From an uncultured delta proteobacterium (GTDB lineage: Bacteria; Desulfobacterota; Binatia; UBA9968), in contig CAVWLW010000050.1 in assembly GCA_963755715.1 (NCBI GenBank), positions 137,207 to 201,206 on the forward strand: a stretch of 64,000 nucleotides of DNA, in the 5' to 3' direction. Shown here in pieces: positions 43,179 through 51,681 of the stretch (positions within the stretch are counted from its first letter, which is position 1; the number at the start of each line of letters is the position of its first letter). The notes beneath the pieces are model-generated. The model was not told the origin of the DNA, did no database searches, and saw nothing but the letters and a program-made list of their open reading frames with translations. Made by a program: the position numbers and the translations under genes.

Positions 43179-43826
43179 TTATGCCCGTCTGCCCAGAAAG
43201 ACATGGGTCGCGCGTTCGCCCGCGACATAGTTGGTGCATTCATAGCCCAAGGCATGCATATCGATGCCATTCCAGAGGTGCTCGCCCGATCCGAGTAAGA
43301 CAGGCCTGATGGCCATATGCAGTTCGTCAATCAAGGCAGCGCGCAGATACTGCCGAATAGTGGATACGCCGCCACCGAGGCGAACGTCGCGGCCGCCCGC
43401 TGCTGCCTTCGCTTGCTCCAGAGCAGCGTGAATGCCTTCAGTGACAAAGCGGAACTCTGTGCCTCCCGCCATTTTGAGCGGCGCCCGCGGGTGATGCGTC
43501 AGTACGAAGACAGGCGTGTGATACGGCGGCTCGTCGCCCCACCAACCTTTCCAGCTGTCGTCCGGCCATGGACCTCGGACAGGACCAAACATGTTGCGCC
43601 CAAGAATCCAGGCGCCGATTCCGGCAAAGCTTTGCTCCGCAATTTCGTTATCCACTCCCGTCTCGCCATCCTCATGGCCGTGCATTTTCCGCCATACGCG
43701 GGTGTGGAAGAACCACTCCATCAACTCTGGTCCCCTGATGCCGAGCGGATTTTGGAGATCTTGGCTCGGTCCAGCGCCGTAACCATCGATGGAAATCGCG
43801 AAGCTTTGGACTCGTAGTTTCGACAT
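43179..43826 (-). CDS. Dihydrofolate reductase/RibD C-terminal family (cassette)
   Basis: ISIDGY, ILGRNMF, PVFVLTH, GGVSTI, IDEL..PVLLGSG. Confidence 0.9.
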   Translation of the reverse strand: MSKLRVQSFAISIDGYGAGPSQDLQNPLGIRGPELMEWFFHTRVWRKMHGHEDGETGVDNEIAEQSFAGIGAWILGRNMFGPVRGPWPDDSWKGWWGDEPPYHTPVFVLTHHPRAPLKMAGGTEFRFVTEGIHAALEQAKAAAGGRDVRLGGGVSTIRQYLRAALIDELHMAIRPVLLGSGEHLWNGIDMHALGYECTNYVAGERATHVFLGRRA

Positions 43827-43872
43827 TGCTTTTCTCACCCATTAGTAAGTGAACTGGTTCAATTCGTGGGAT

Positions 43873-43954
43873 GACTAACGACCAAGGCTGAGGAGCCCGG
43901 GCTCGCGAGCGAAGCGAGCAGGCACGAAGGTCTTTCTCAAGCCGCTGGTTAGGG
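43873..43954 (-). repeat. attC site
   Basis: gactaac...gttaggg with paired L boxes. Confidence 0.8.
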
Positions 43955-43966
43955 CTGCAAGTTGGT

Positions 43967-44167
43967 TCAGGTTAGTTCTTCAAGAAACTTTACGTCTTTC
44001 CGCAGTAACTGATTGACCATCTCGGTGACATCCTTGCCTTTCCTGCGAGCAATGCGCTCCAGTTTACTCTGCAGTTTAGGGTCGAGATAAATGGGTAGCC
44101 GTAGTTCGGCGCCTTTCCGATAAAATTTTCCTCGAACGGCTTTCGAAAAATCATATTCTCGTCTCAT
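43967..44167 (-). CDS. BrnA-like antitoxin
   Basis: MRREYDFSKAVRGKFY...MVNQLLR; overlaps the toxin stop. Confidence 0.8.
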   Translation of the reverse strand: MRREYDFSKAVRGKFYRKGAELRLPIYLDPKLQSKLERIARRKGKDVTEMVNQLLRKDVKFLEELT

Positions 44168-44400
44168 ATTTTATTTCCTCTGGTATTGCTCTTTTCATTC
44201 TTTGTTGCTTTTCGCGCTGATATCAGCCGTACTCGCGCACTCTGTTCCGCTTCTTCATGATACGTATGGGAAATAACCAACAATACACCCGTCTCATCCA
44301 ACCCCAGGGTTATCCACCTTTCTTCCTCTTCACTATGTTGATCATCGAACAGCGACAAGGCGTTCGGATCCAAGAACACTGCGCGCAGCCACGTTCAAAC
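44164..44400 (-). pseudogene. BrnT toxin, N-terminus missing or disrupted
   Basis: VFLDP..HSEEEERWITLG..RLISARKAT; no FEWD..K..N..KH start. Confidence 0.7.
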
Positions 44401-44536
44401 GTACTCGCCTGATTCTCTCGGATTCTGGTCCGAGGTAATCATCGAAGCTCGCATAAATGCCTTCATTGAAATTTCATCCACAAGTTCCCCAAAGGCGAGA
44501 CAAAAGCACGTTGGCAGCAGTCGCTGATCAGGGCGC

Positions 44537-44586
44537 CGCTAACGCTAGGCCGCTGACCCGGCATCGGGTCAAGCGGCGAGTTATCT
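44537..44586 (-). repeat. attC site (50 bp)
   Basis: AGATAAC-TCGCC-GCTTGACC...GGTCAGC...GTTAGCG. Confidence 0.75.
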
Positions 44587-44598
44587 CCCGAGATAATT

Positions 44599-44955
44599 TC
44601 AGAGCAACACGCTTAAATCAGCAGCCACCCTGCGCAGCGGCTTGTCCAAGGTCCAAAGCGCGCACCCTGTGAGAAGCGTTGAAGCTAAAAGATGAGCGTC
44701 CACCCAACCGATGCCGCTTCCGTATAGGCGCCGGGACTCAAGAAAGTTAAGAACTTCCTCATGTTCGAGCAAATGAGGTTCGGGCAAGGCTTTCAACATA
44801 CTCAGAATCTCGGTACGTTTTTGCAATGTGCCGCATGCCAACTCACCGACAACAAACGGATGGCAAAGGACTTGCTCATCAAGGAGCAGAGCTTTCAAAC
44901 GTTCGCTACCCGCTCGGAGATGCTCAATCCAAACCAAAGTGTCGACCAGAATCAT
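44599..44955 (-). CDS. vapC: VapC PIN-domain toxin
   Basis: MILVDT..WIEHL, GEL, GWVDAHLL, WTLD. Confidence 0.9.
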   Translation of the reverse strand: MILVDTLVWIEHLRAGSERLKALLLDEQVLCHPFVVGELACGTLQKRTEILSMLKALPEPHLLEHEEVLNFLESRRLYGSGIGWVDAHLLASTLLTGCALWTLDKPLRRVAADLSVLL

Positions 44956-45152
44956 GCAAGGCTGCGAGGGCGCCGTCTTCGAATCCGGCGAAGCTGCTTC
45001 TCGGTTCCTCCGAGATTTGCCAAACGGCGGGCGCTCTCCTTAGCGATCAGAGCCTCAAGTCCGAGACGTACCAACGAGGTTTTCTCTTTCACGCCCGTTA
45101 GCTTAGCAGCATCGTGTAGCAGAGAATCATCAATATTAAGCGTCGTTCTCAT
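44952..45152 (-). CDS. vapB: VapB antitoxin
   Basis: MRTTLNIDDSLL...KTSLV..GLEALI; ATGA overlap with vapC. Confidence 0.9.
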   Translation of the reverse strand: MRTTLNIDDSLLHDAAKLTGVKEKTSLVRLGLEALIAKESARRLANLGGTEKQLRRIRRRRPRSLA

Positions 45153-45195
45153 ATGCATCAAGATGCCCTAATTATGCAGATGGGGTCAACAAGAA

Positions 45196-45282
45196 AGATA
45201 ACGCGATGCGGCTAAGCCGTGGCGAATAAGCAAGCCTGAAAGGCGAGCATTTTTGACATCAGTCTTAAGCCACGGGTTAGGT
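45196..45282 (-). repeat. attC site
   Basis: agataac...gttaggt. Confidence 0.85.
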
Positions 45283-45812
45283 TGCTTTGACCTCACCGAG
45301 TTCAGGAAACAACGGCGCCAGCTCTAGATCAGAAGCCCACACTGTAAAGCCTTCGCGAACCCGCTTCTGAGAGAAAAGATGGTCGGTGAGTGCAGTAGCT
45401 AAAAGTTCCCGATATTGTGGAAAGTCCAACAACACGGACCGAAGCTACGACATCAGACGAGCACATCCCTTGCTAGAACGGTCTTGCTGTTTCCAAAAGT
45501 CACTCGCCCAATATGCGATCGCATGCGTAAGGTCGAAACTTCCGAGAACCCATTTCGACTCATCCGCCAATTCTGCCGGTGCTGCTAGGCAATCGTGGAA
45601 GTATTTGGTGACAAACACAAAAAGTTCTTCTCCCCCGAAAGGATCGACACGGGACGTGTCGGCTCGCTCGAGAAGAAAATGGAAAAGCGCACCCCTGACT
45701 TCAAGCGAAGGATCGGTCATCCAGACAGAGCATTGAGAGCGGGAAACAGGAATGCGCCTGGGCCAACCGGACTCATCCACGAACGCTTCATTAACTCTCG
45801 CGCTGTCACCAT
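45277..45812 (-). pseudogene. Cassette gene of unknown function with in-frame TAG (45445) and 5' frameshift
   Basis: Frame continues past TAG to the TAA inside the attC R'' box. Confidence 0.6.
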
Positions 45813-45825
45813 GATTCGCTCAGCA

Positions 45826-45915
45826 ACCTAACGGTCCCGGCAACCGGCGCACGTCCGGCGACGTTTGCAAGGCGCGGCGTTTCCGCGCGCGTCCGGGTTG
45901 GCCGGGCGGTTAGGC
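45826..45915 (-). repeat. attC site
   Basis: L'' GGCCAACC vs L' GGTTGCC, extra C fixes minus orientation. Confidence 0.92.
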
Positions 45916-46494
45916 GCGATCGCCATGCAGTGACTTCTCAATTCGTCGATCAGGCACCAACCACAGGATCGCTGCCACCACGTACAGCGCCTGAGCCACC
46001 CACAGCCACAGGAACGTGGAGATGATTGCACACAAATACAGGACAGGCGAGAGCTTCCCCTTCCAATCGCCGCCGATCGCCGCCTTGAGTGGCGACTCCG
46101 AGCCCTGCGAAGCAATGATTGTTTGCTGAAGAATCAAATACGCGAAGGCCGCTGCAAGGAGGACGCCGCCATAAAGCGCGGACGGTACAGGCGCGAAATG
46201 ATTCTCACCCATCCAGCCCGTAACGAACGGAAAGAGCGACAGCCAGAAAAGAAGATGCAGATTGGCCCAAAGGATGCCACCGGTCACCCGAGTGCAGGCG
46301 TGCAGCATATGGTGATGATTGTTCCAGTAGATGCCGACGTAGACGAAGCTGAGAACGTAGCTCATGAATACCGGAAGGAGGGGTGCCAGCGTTCCGACGC
46401 TGTCACCATGCGGAATCTTCATCTCCAGCACCATGATCGTAATGATGATCGCGATGACACCGTCGCTGAAGGCCTCGAGTCGGTTCTTGCCCAT
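45910..46494 (-). CDS. TMEM175/DUF1211 potassium channel family
   Basis: RLEAFSDGVIAIIITIMVLE, WNNHH. Confidence 0.92.
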   Translation of the reverse strand: MGKNRLEAFSDGVIAIIITIMVLEMKIPHGDSVGTLAPLLPVFMSYVLSFVYVGIYWNNHHHMLHACTRVTGGILWANLHLLFWLSLFPFVTGWMGENHFAPVPSALYGGVLLAAAFAYLILQQTIIASQGSESPLKAAIGGDWKGKLSPVLYLCAIISTFLWLWVAQALYVVAAILWLVPDRRIEKSLHGDRA

Positions 46495-46514
46495 TCGTGT
46501 GCCCTTGAGGCAGC

Positions 46515-46781
46515 CTAGAGGAAACGCCAACGCACCAGCACCACCGCAGCAGCGGGAACCGCGAACAGCAGGAGCAATATGGGCAATTCGTCGGCCACCG
46601 AGTAGCCTGCCTTTGAAACCCCTATCCACATGTTGGTGGCAGTGATCATCAGCCACAGACTTAGTCCAAGGGCGACTGCCCAGTTCGGAGCCGAAGGAAA
46701 ATGCTCGGAGAACATCTTCGCCACGATGAGAAGTGAAGCCATTAGGAACAAGCCAGCGACTAGGAACAGGATCGTACGCAT
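46515..46781 (-). CDS. Small membrane protein (same cassette as TMEM175)
   Basis: 3 TM segments, NMWIGV..AGYS..DELPI. Confidence 0.75.
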   Translation of the reverse strand: MRTILFLVAGLFLMASLLIVAKMFSEHFPSAPNWAVALGLSLWLMITATNMWIGVSKAGYSVADELPILLLLFAVPAAAVVLVRWRFL

Positions 46782-46823
46782 GAGGCCAATTCTCCGTACT
46801 GAGGTTGATGGGACCTGCGGCGC

Positions 46824-46904
46824 GCCTAACGTCCCGGTTTTGCCGCGCCCGACGAAGCGCGCAGCGCTGAGGCATAGGCGTCGGGCAACAACCGGCTGTT
46901 AGGT
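46824..46904 (-). repeat. attC site
   Basis: gcctaac...gttaggt. Confidence 0.9.
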
Positions 46905-47474
46905 GCCAAGGCCATGCTCGCGCGGGATTGACGCTGGCGGTCCCTGGGGTCGAGCGAGAAGCTGCTGCTCTGATACCCCTTTCTTGAATTGCTCGACGAG
47001 TTCATCTGGATCGAAGTTCACACCGATAGGATTGGCGGAAAAGGCGTCACCTCGCATGTATGCGTTGGCTTCCTCTGCCGTCGCAAAGCAATCGACCTGA
47101 AACTCGATTCGGTTTCCATCGGGATCCTTGTAGTAGAGCGACAGCGTTGGACCGTGGCGTATAGGCCAGTAAGGTCTGATGTTTAGTTTCTTCAGCCGTA
47201 TATACGTTTCGATTAGATCTCGGAGGCTCGCATATGTATAGGCCACGTGGTCCACGCCCGCATCCGACTTGCCTCCGGAGCCCTTCCCGGCCGGATCGAG
47301 CACATCCAAATTGCCGAAAGCGAAACGGTGATGCTCATCGTCGTATGTAAGGAATGCAAGAGCGGGATTCTTGTATTGCACCTTAGCCTCGAACACGCTT
47401 TCGTACCAACTAATCATCTCTTCGAAGCGTCTAGTGCGATAGACGATGTGAGCAAATTTTGAGGGCTTTGCCAT
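46899..47474 (-). CDS. VOC family protein (extradiol dioxygenase-like)
   Basis: AHIVYRT, YDDEHHR, HGPTLSLYYKDPDGN; stop in attC. Confidence 0.9.
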   Translation of the reverse strand: MAKPSKFAHIVYRTRRFEEMISWYESVFEAKVQYKNPALAFLTYDDEHHRFAFGNLDVLDPAGKGSGGKSDAGVDHVAYTYASLRDLIETYIRLKKLNIRPYWPIRHGPTLSLYYKDPDGNRIEFQVDCFATAEEANAYMRGDAFSANPIGVNFDPDELVEQFKKGVSEQQLLARPQGPPASIPREHGLGT

Positions 47475-47518
47475 GGCGTTCACTCCTTACTTATGGCGTC
47501 GTTTTCCCGGTCAATGGC

Positions 47519-47584
47519 GCTTAACGGATCAGCGATAAGCTCCGGGCTCCGAAAGCGACCGTCAGCTTCATCGCCTGGTTATGC
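47519..47584 (-). repeat. attC site
   Basis: gcttaac...gttatgc. Confidence 0.85.
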
Positions 47585-47645
47585 GACTCATCTCACCATC
47601 TCGAACCCAGCACGATAGCGAGTTCTCGATGCATGCCACCGAGCA

Positions 47646-48165
47646 CTAGGAATCGCGGAAATCGGTGATACGGGAGGGTCGGCGCATGGTGGCCGTAATG
47701 CGTCGGCCCGCGCTCACGTGGGGGTCGGCGGGTACGCGAGTCTGCGCGGCGTACTCGAGCAGCAGGCCGTTGGGATCCTTGAAGTAGATCGACAGGATCC
47801 AATCGTGATCGACGATCGGCGTGACCTTGACGCCCTTGGCGATCAGCTCCGCCCGCTTCGCGTGCAACTCTTCGATCGAGCCAGCGTTGAAAGCGAAATG
47901 GTAGAACCATTCGGGCAAGCCGAGGCTTTGATTGATGCCGGTGTCGTATTGGGCTGGTAGTCCTTTGATCCCGCGAGGCTCCATGAATCCGAGGAGTTGG
48001 CCATCGCCACAGTCGAAGAACGCGTGGCGGATACTCCCCCCTTCTTCGAAATCGATCTGCTCAATGGTCACGAGGCGGAAGCCGAGCACATCCTCGTAGA
48101 AGGTGCGGGTAGCTTCGAAGGTCGAGCGTCGAGAGGCCGATGTGTGAAACGCCGTGTAGCGACAT
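47646..48165 (-). CDS. VOC family protein, +1 frameshift near 48119
   Basis: SHIGLST then FYEDVLG, HFAF, SIYFKDPNG. Confidence 0.82.
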
Positions 48166-48273
48166 GTTCTCCTCCGTTCACCTAGGGTTCCCTCAATGGC
48201 GGTAGCCCAGCTGGAGCTGCTTTGCAAGACAACGACGATCCGGCGCGACTGGGGACCTCGAAACCCTCCATCC

Positions 48274-48321
48274 GCATAACCTCAAGGCTGCCCGCTTGTC
48301 GGGTCAATCCGATTGTTATGC
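48274..48321 (-). repeat. attC site (48 bp, imperfect L boxes)
   Basis: gcataac...gttatgc. Confidence 0.65.
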
Positions 48322-48342
48322 CGTTTGCAGGTCAGTATTTGA

Positions 48343-49050
48343 TCACATCTCGAACCCGTCTGATGGTGTCAAGGGATTCACCAGGATTATTTTGCTCCAA
48401 GGGACGTCAAGCTGAACCAGCTTCCGTAACTGGTTCCGATCCGCTTTATCCAAATCTCCGTACCCAATACGGTCGTCAAAGGCGAGCCACCACTCCGAAT
48501 ACTTGCTCCTCACCTTGGAGACCTTCAGGGCTTTTTCAGCCATGCAGATTCGAATGTTTTGCACCATGTCTGAAATGACGAAGCCACCCGAATCGTGATC
48601 CGACCAGCTACCGAGGACGAGCAAATTCGGATGGAGTTCGGTTGCACGAGTGAAGCTGAGTCGCAATGTATCTGCAACACATACTCTACGCGTCCCGAGT
48701 TCTGGTTGCTCCCTGATCTCTCGCAGTACGTTCCGAAGAGCTATATCGAGTTTTCGCCAAGGCGGTAGTGGACGGCGATAGGAATACCAAACGAACCAAC
48801 TTACCCCAAACGTGGGGGGACCTGTTGCAACGAGTGCCTTTTCGATCAGGGCAGTCAGAGGCTTTGACACTTCCTCAAGACCACGATGCCCGGTTGTAGT
48901 TTTTTCGTTCTCGTTCAGTCGACGCACTTCAACCGCAATTCGGCCGTCGATTGTAAAGTCAGGCGGAATATTGCCATCGGGCTCGTATACGATGTTGATA
49001 AAGCCGCGGCTCTTGAGGTACTGGAAAACAACCTTCTCGGAATGATCCAT
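48343..49050 (-). CDS. Hypothetical protein, possible PD-(D/E)XK nuclease fold
   Basis: EPDGNIPPDF...IAVEVRRL. Confidence 0.7.
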   Translation of the reverse strand: MDHSEKVVFQYLKSRGFINIVYEPDGNIPPDFTIDGRIAVEVRRLNENEKTTTGHRGLEEVSKPLTALIEKALVATGPPTFGVSWFVWYSYRRPLPPWRKLDIALRNVLREIREQPELGTRRVCVADTLRLSFTRATELHPNLLVLGSWSDHDSGGFVISDMVQNIRICMAEKALKVSKVRSKYSEWWLAFDDRIGYGDLDKADRNQLRKLVQLDVPWSKIILVNPLTPSDGFEM

Positions 49051-49068
49051 TTAAATCGAGGCTTAGCG

Positions 49069-49177
49069 GCATAACGACCGAATTAACCGGGCCCGCGCGA
49101 GCAGCATCCAAGTTTATGGCAAAGAGCAATCATGAAAAGAGAGCTATCGCGGGCTCCGGTTGAATGAGTTGTTAAGC
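49069..49177 (-). repeat. attC site
   Basis: gcataac...gttaagc. Confidence 0.88.
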
Positions 49178-49211
49178 CGCTAACCGAACTGTCCGAACAT
49201 CGGACACGGCT

Positions 49212-50360
49212 TTAAGTTTTTGGCCCAATATTGCCCGGTCCAGTCTCTTCGTTTTGTGACACTGCCGGATCCGAGTTTGGACTGGTGGCGATCCAACCCA
49301 TGAAGATTTGATACCCAAGCGCCAACAACGTCGCGCCGACAAACATTCCTAAAATTCCGCCGCTCGCCATACCGCCCAATGCGCCGAGCAGGATCACCGG
49401 CATGGGTGCGTCGACGCCGCGACCCAGCATCAGCGGTTTCAAAACGTTGTCAGCCATGCCGGTCAGCAGCAGGATGATGGTATGTGTGATCGCCGCCGCG
49501 GTGCGGTAATCACCACTCGACCAGATGTAAATGATGGCTGGAACCGTGACGATTAGGGCTGGCACTTGGGCAATACCCAATACGAGCGCGATGGCCGACA
49601 ACACGCCCGCCGCCGGTACGCCGGCGAGCAGCAGCGCCAACCCGATGAGGATTGCCTGAATGAAGGCGACGCCGATGACGCCTAGCGCGACGGCGCGGAT
49701 GGTTGCCGTGGAGAGTTTGGCGAGGGCCTCGCCTCTCGCGGCGCCAGCGACACGAACGAAAATCGCCCGGCTGCCGCGCGCGCCTGATTCACCGTATGCC
49801 ATCAGGATGCTGGCGACGAGGAATGAGACTAGAAACAGCAACAGGCCGCTGCCAATGCTTGCGACCATAGCAACTGCTTTCTGGGCCAATTCGCCGATCT
49901 TCGGTTGCATGCTCTGCACGAATCCGGGCAGGTCGGTATGAGCTTTCGACCAGACATCGTGGATCTGCTTGCCAACTAGCGGCCATTTCTCAACGCCCTC
50001 TCGCGGGGCGGGTATTGCCAGCGTGTTTTGTTGCACAGCGCCGATAAAATGACGAACGGAGTCGGCAAACGAATTCATCAGCAACGCCATCGGAGTGATG
50101 ATCAACAAAAGGCCGACGATCACCAGAATAGTCGAGGCGAGCCATTGCTTCCCGCCAACCTTGTGGGCGAGCCATTGGTGCAACGGATACAACGTGACCG
50201 CCAAGATGATTGACCAGACCATCAGCGTCAGAAATGGCGAAAAGACTTGGTAGCACAGCACCGCCAGCACGCCAATCAAACTGGCGCGAATCAACACATC
50301 CATCAGAGAGGACGACGCTCGCTGTTCCAATTCGGAATCTGCCTGTGGAAGGGGATTCAT
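49212..50360 (-). CDS. AI-2E family transporter
   Basis: DNVLKPLMLGRG...GILGMFVG. Confidence 0.92.
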   Translation of the reverse strand: MNPLPQADSELEQRASSSLMDVLIRASLIGVLAVLCYQVFSPFLTLMVWSIILAVTLYPLHQWLAHKVGGKQWLASTILVIVGLLLIITPMALLMNSFADSVRHFIGAVQQNTLAIPAPREGVEKWPLVGKQIHDVWSKAHTDLPGFVQSMQPKIGELAQKAVAMVASIGSGLLLFLVSFLVASILMAYGESGARGSRAIFVRVAGAARGEALAKLSTATIRAVALGVIGVAFIQAILIGLALLLAGVPAAGVLSAIALVLGIAQVPALIVTVPAIIYIWSSGDYRTAAAITHTIILLLTGMADNVLKPLMLGRGVDAPMPVILLGALGGMASGGILGMFVGATLLALGYQIFMGWIATSPNSDPAVSQNEETGPGNIGPKT

Positions 50361-50465
50361 TGGTTTTATCCTCTTGCGAGGTTGAATCGGCCGCCCTCAG
50401 TGTACTACGTAAGAATGGCGAGTAAACAGTCGTATGAGTCATCGCCACCTGTTTTGCCTCAGGCG

Positions 50466-50524
50466 GCCTAACGCCGCGGATCAGGCGCGGCTATTTGCCG
50501 TCGCCTGCATCCGGATTGTTGGCT
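50466..50524 (-). repeat. attC site
   Basis: gcctaac...gttggct. Confidence 0.85.
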
Positions 50525-50913
50525 GGTTCTATTCCGAGCCATCGGAGAGCGTCGTTGAGATGGTCGAATGTCGTGACACGCATGCCCCGGTTCCGGGCGA
50601 CGGCTTCGCCGAACCTGCTGGGGTCACGCATCGGGACTTCCAGAACGTACGCAAACTCTGTGTCAGGGGAGACACCGCTCGCTCCGAATTGGGCGACGGT
50701 CTCGGCCGCAAATTTGCCGTAGTAGAACCGTTCCATGAAATCAGGACTTCCCTCGAGTCCTCGGCCATCGAAAAGTACCTTCCCAACCTTGTTTTGCGCA
50801 ACAGCCTCGAGCATTTCTATAAATGTTCTTTTCGCCTCCGCCAACGAAAACTTTCCCGTCGCGCCTACGTGAAGGCACCCTGATTTAGCAGAGATTTTCA
50901 GCATCATACTCAT
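50491..50913 (-). CDS. Hypothetical protein (SpoIIAA/STAS-like)
   Basis: VLFDGR, FGEAVARNRG..F..LNDALRWL; stop inside attC. Confidence 0.75.
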   Translation of the reverse strand: MSMMLKISAKSGCLHVGATGKFSLAEAKRTFIEMLEAVAQNKVGKVLFDGRGLEGSPDFMERFYYGKFAAETVAQFGASGVSPDTEFAYVLEVPMRDPSRFGEAVARNRGMRVTTFDHLNDALRWLGIEPANNPDAGDGK

Positions 50914-50931
50914 CTTGTCACCAACCTCTCC

Positions 50932-51012
50932 AGCCAACGATCAAGGTGAACGGACGAGACCAGCGAGCGAAGCGAGCAGGTTCGAAGATCCGTTTCAAGC
51001 CTATTGTTAGGT
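50932..51012 (-). repeat. attC site
   Basis: agccaac...gttaggt. Confidence 0.85.
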
Positions 51013-51534
51013 CGCTCGCAGATTAAGCCGGTAACGAATCTCACGTATCGTAAAGTTTTTCCAATGGTCGTCATCCTTTACGGCACCGTCCTGGATAAAT
51101 CCAAACGATTCGTAAAAAGTGCGTGCTCGTTGGTTTGCTTCTAATACCCACAAAGTAAGTTGGTCAAATCCGCGCTTTCGAACTTCGCCGAGTGACGCGG
51201 AGAGCAATGCGCGACCAATTCCTTTTCCCCATTTCTCCGGATGAACATAAATTGCGCTAACCTCTGCCGTGCTCGAATTAGCATCTGGGTCGCGTGAAGA
51301 GCCGAGCGCAGAGAACCCCACTATGTTGTCTTCGGTATATTCACCGATGAAAATGATCTTGTCCGGATCCTGGGTCAATTCACGCCACATATTTGTTCGT
51401 TTTTCCACGTCAAGGCCGTCGAGAAAGTCATCGGGCATGTACCCTCGATAAGCGACCTGCCATGAGCGCACGTGAACTGATGCAATCCCGGAAGCATCAT
51501 CAACTGTGGCTTTCCGGATTGCGGCAGTTTGCAT
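51007..51534 (-). CDS. GNAT N-acetyltransferase
   Basis: IYVHPEKWGKGIG, WVLEANQRARTFYE. Confidence 0.93.
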   Translation of the reverse strand: MQTAAIRKATVDDASGIASVHVRSWQVAYRGYMPDDFLDGLDVEKRTNMWRELTQDPDKIIFIGEYTEDNIVGFSALGSSRDPDANSSTAEVSAIYVHPEKWGKGIGRALLSASLGEVRKRGFDQLTLWVLEANQRARTFYESFGFIQDGAVKDDDHWKNFTIREIRYRLNLRAT

Positions 51535-51540
51535 CTGTCG

Positions 51541-51630
51541 GCCTAATGTTCCGGTTCAGCGGCGGCGCGCTGAACTTCGTGCCCTGGCACTTTATCCATC
51601 ACCACCGTCCGCTGCAACCGTTTGTTAGAC
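51541..51630 (-). repeat. attC site (R' reads ATT)
   Basis: Close relative of the attC at 62987. Confidence 0.85.
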
Positions 51631-51681
51631 CATCCAATGCTTTCATTACAGCCTCGCAGCACGCTATCTGCTCGTTCTCTG

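Noticed and set aside
46495-46875. 321-aa version of the TMEM175 ORF
   Set aside because: The extension crosses another gene and an attC site
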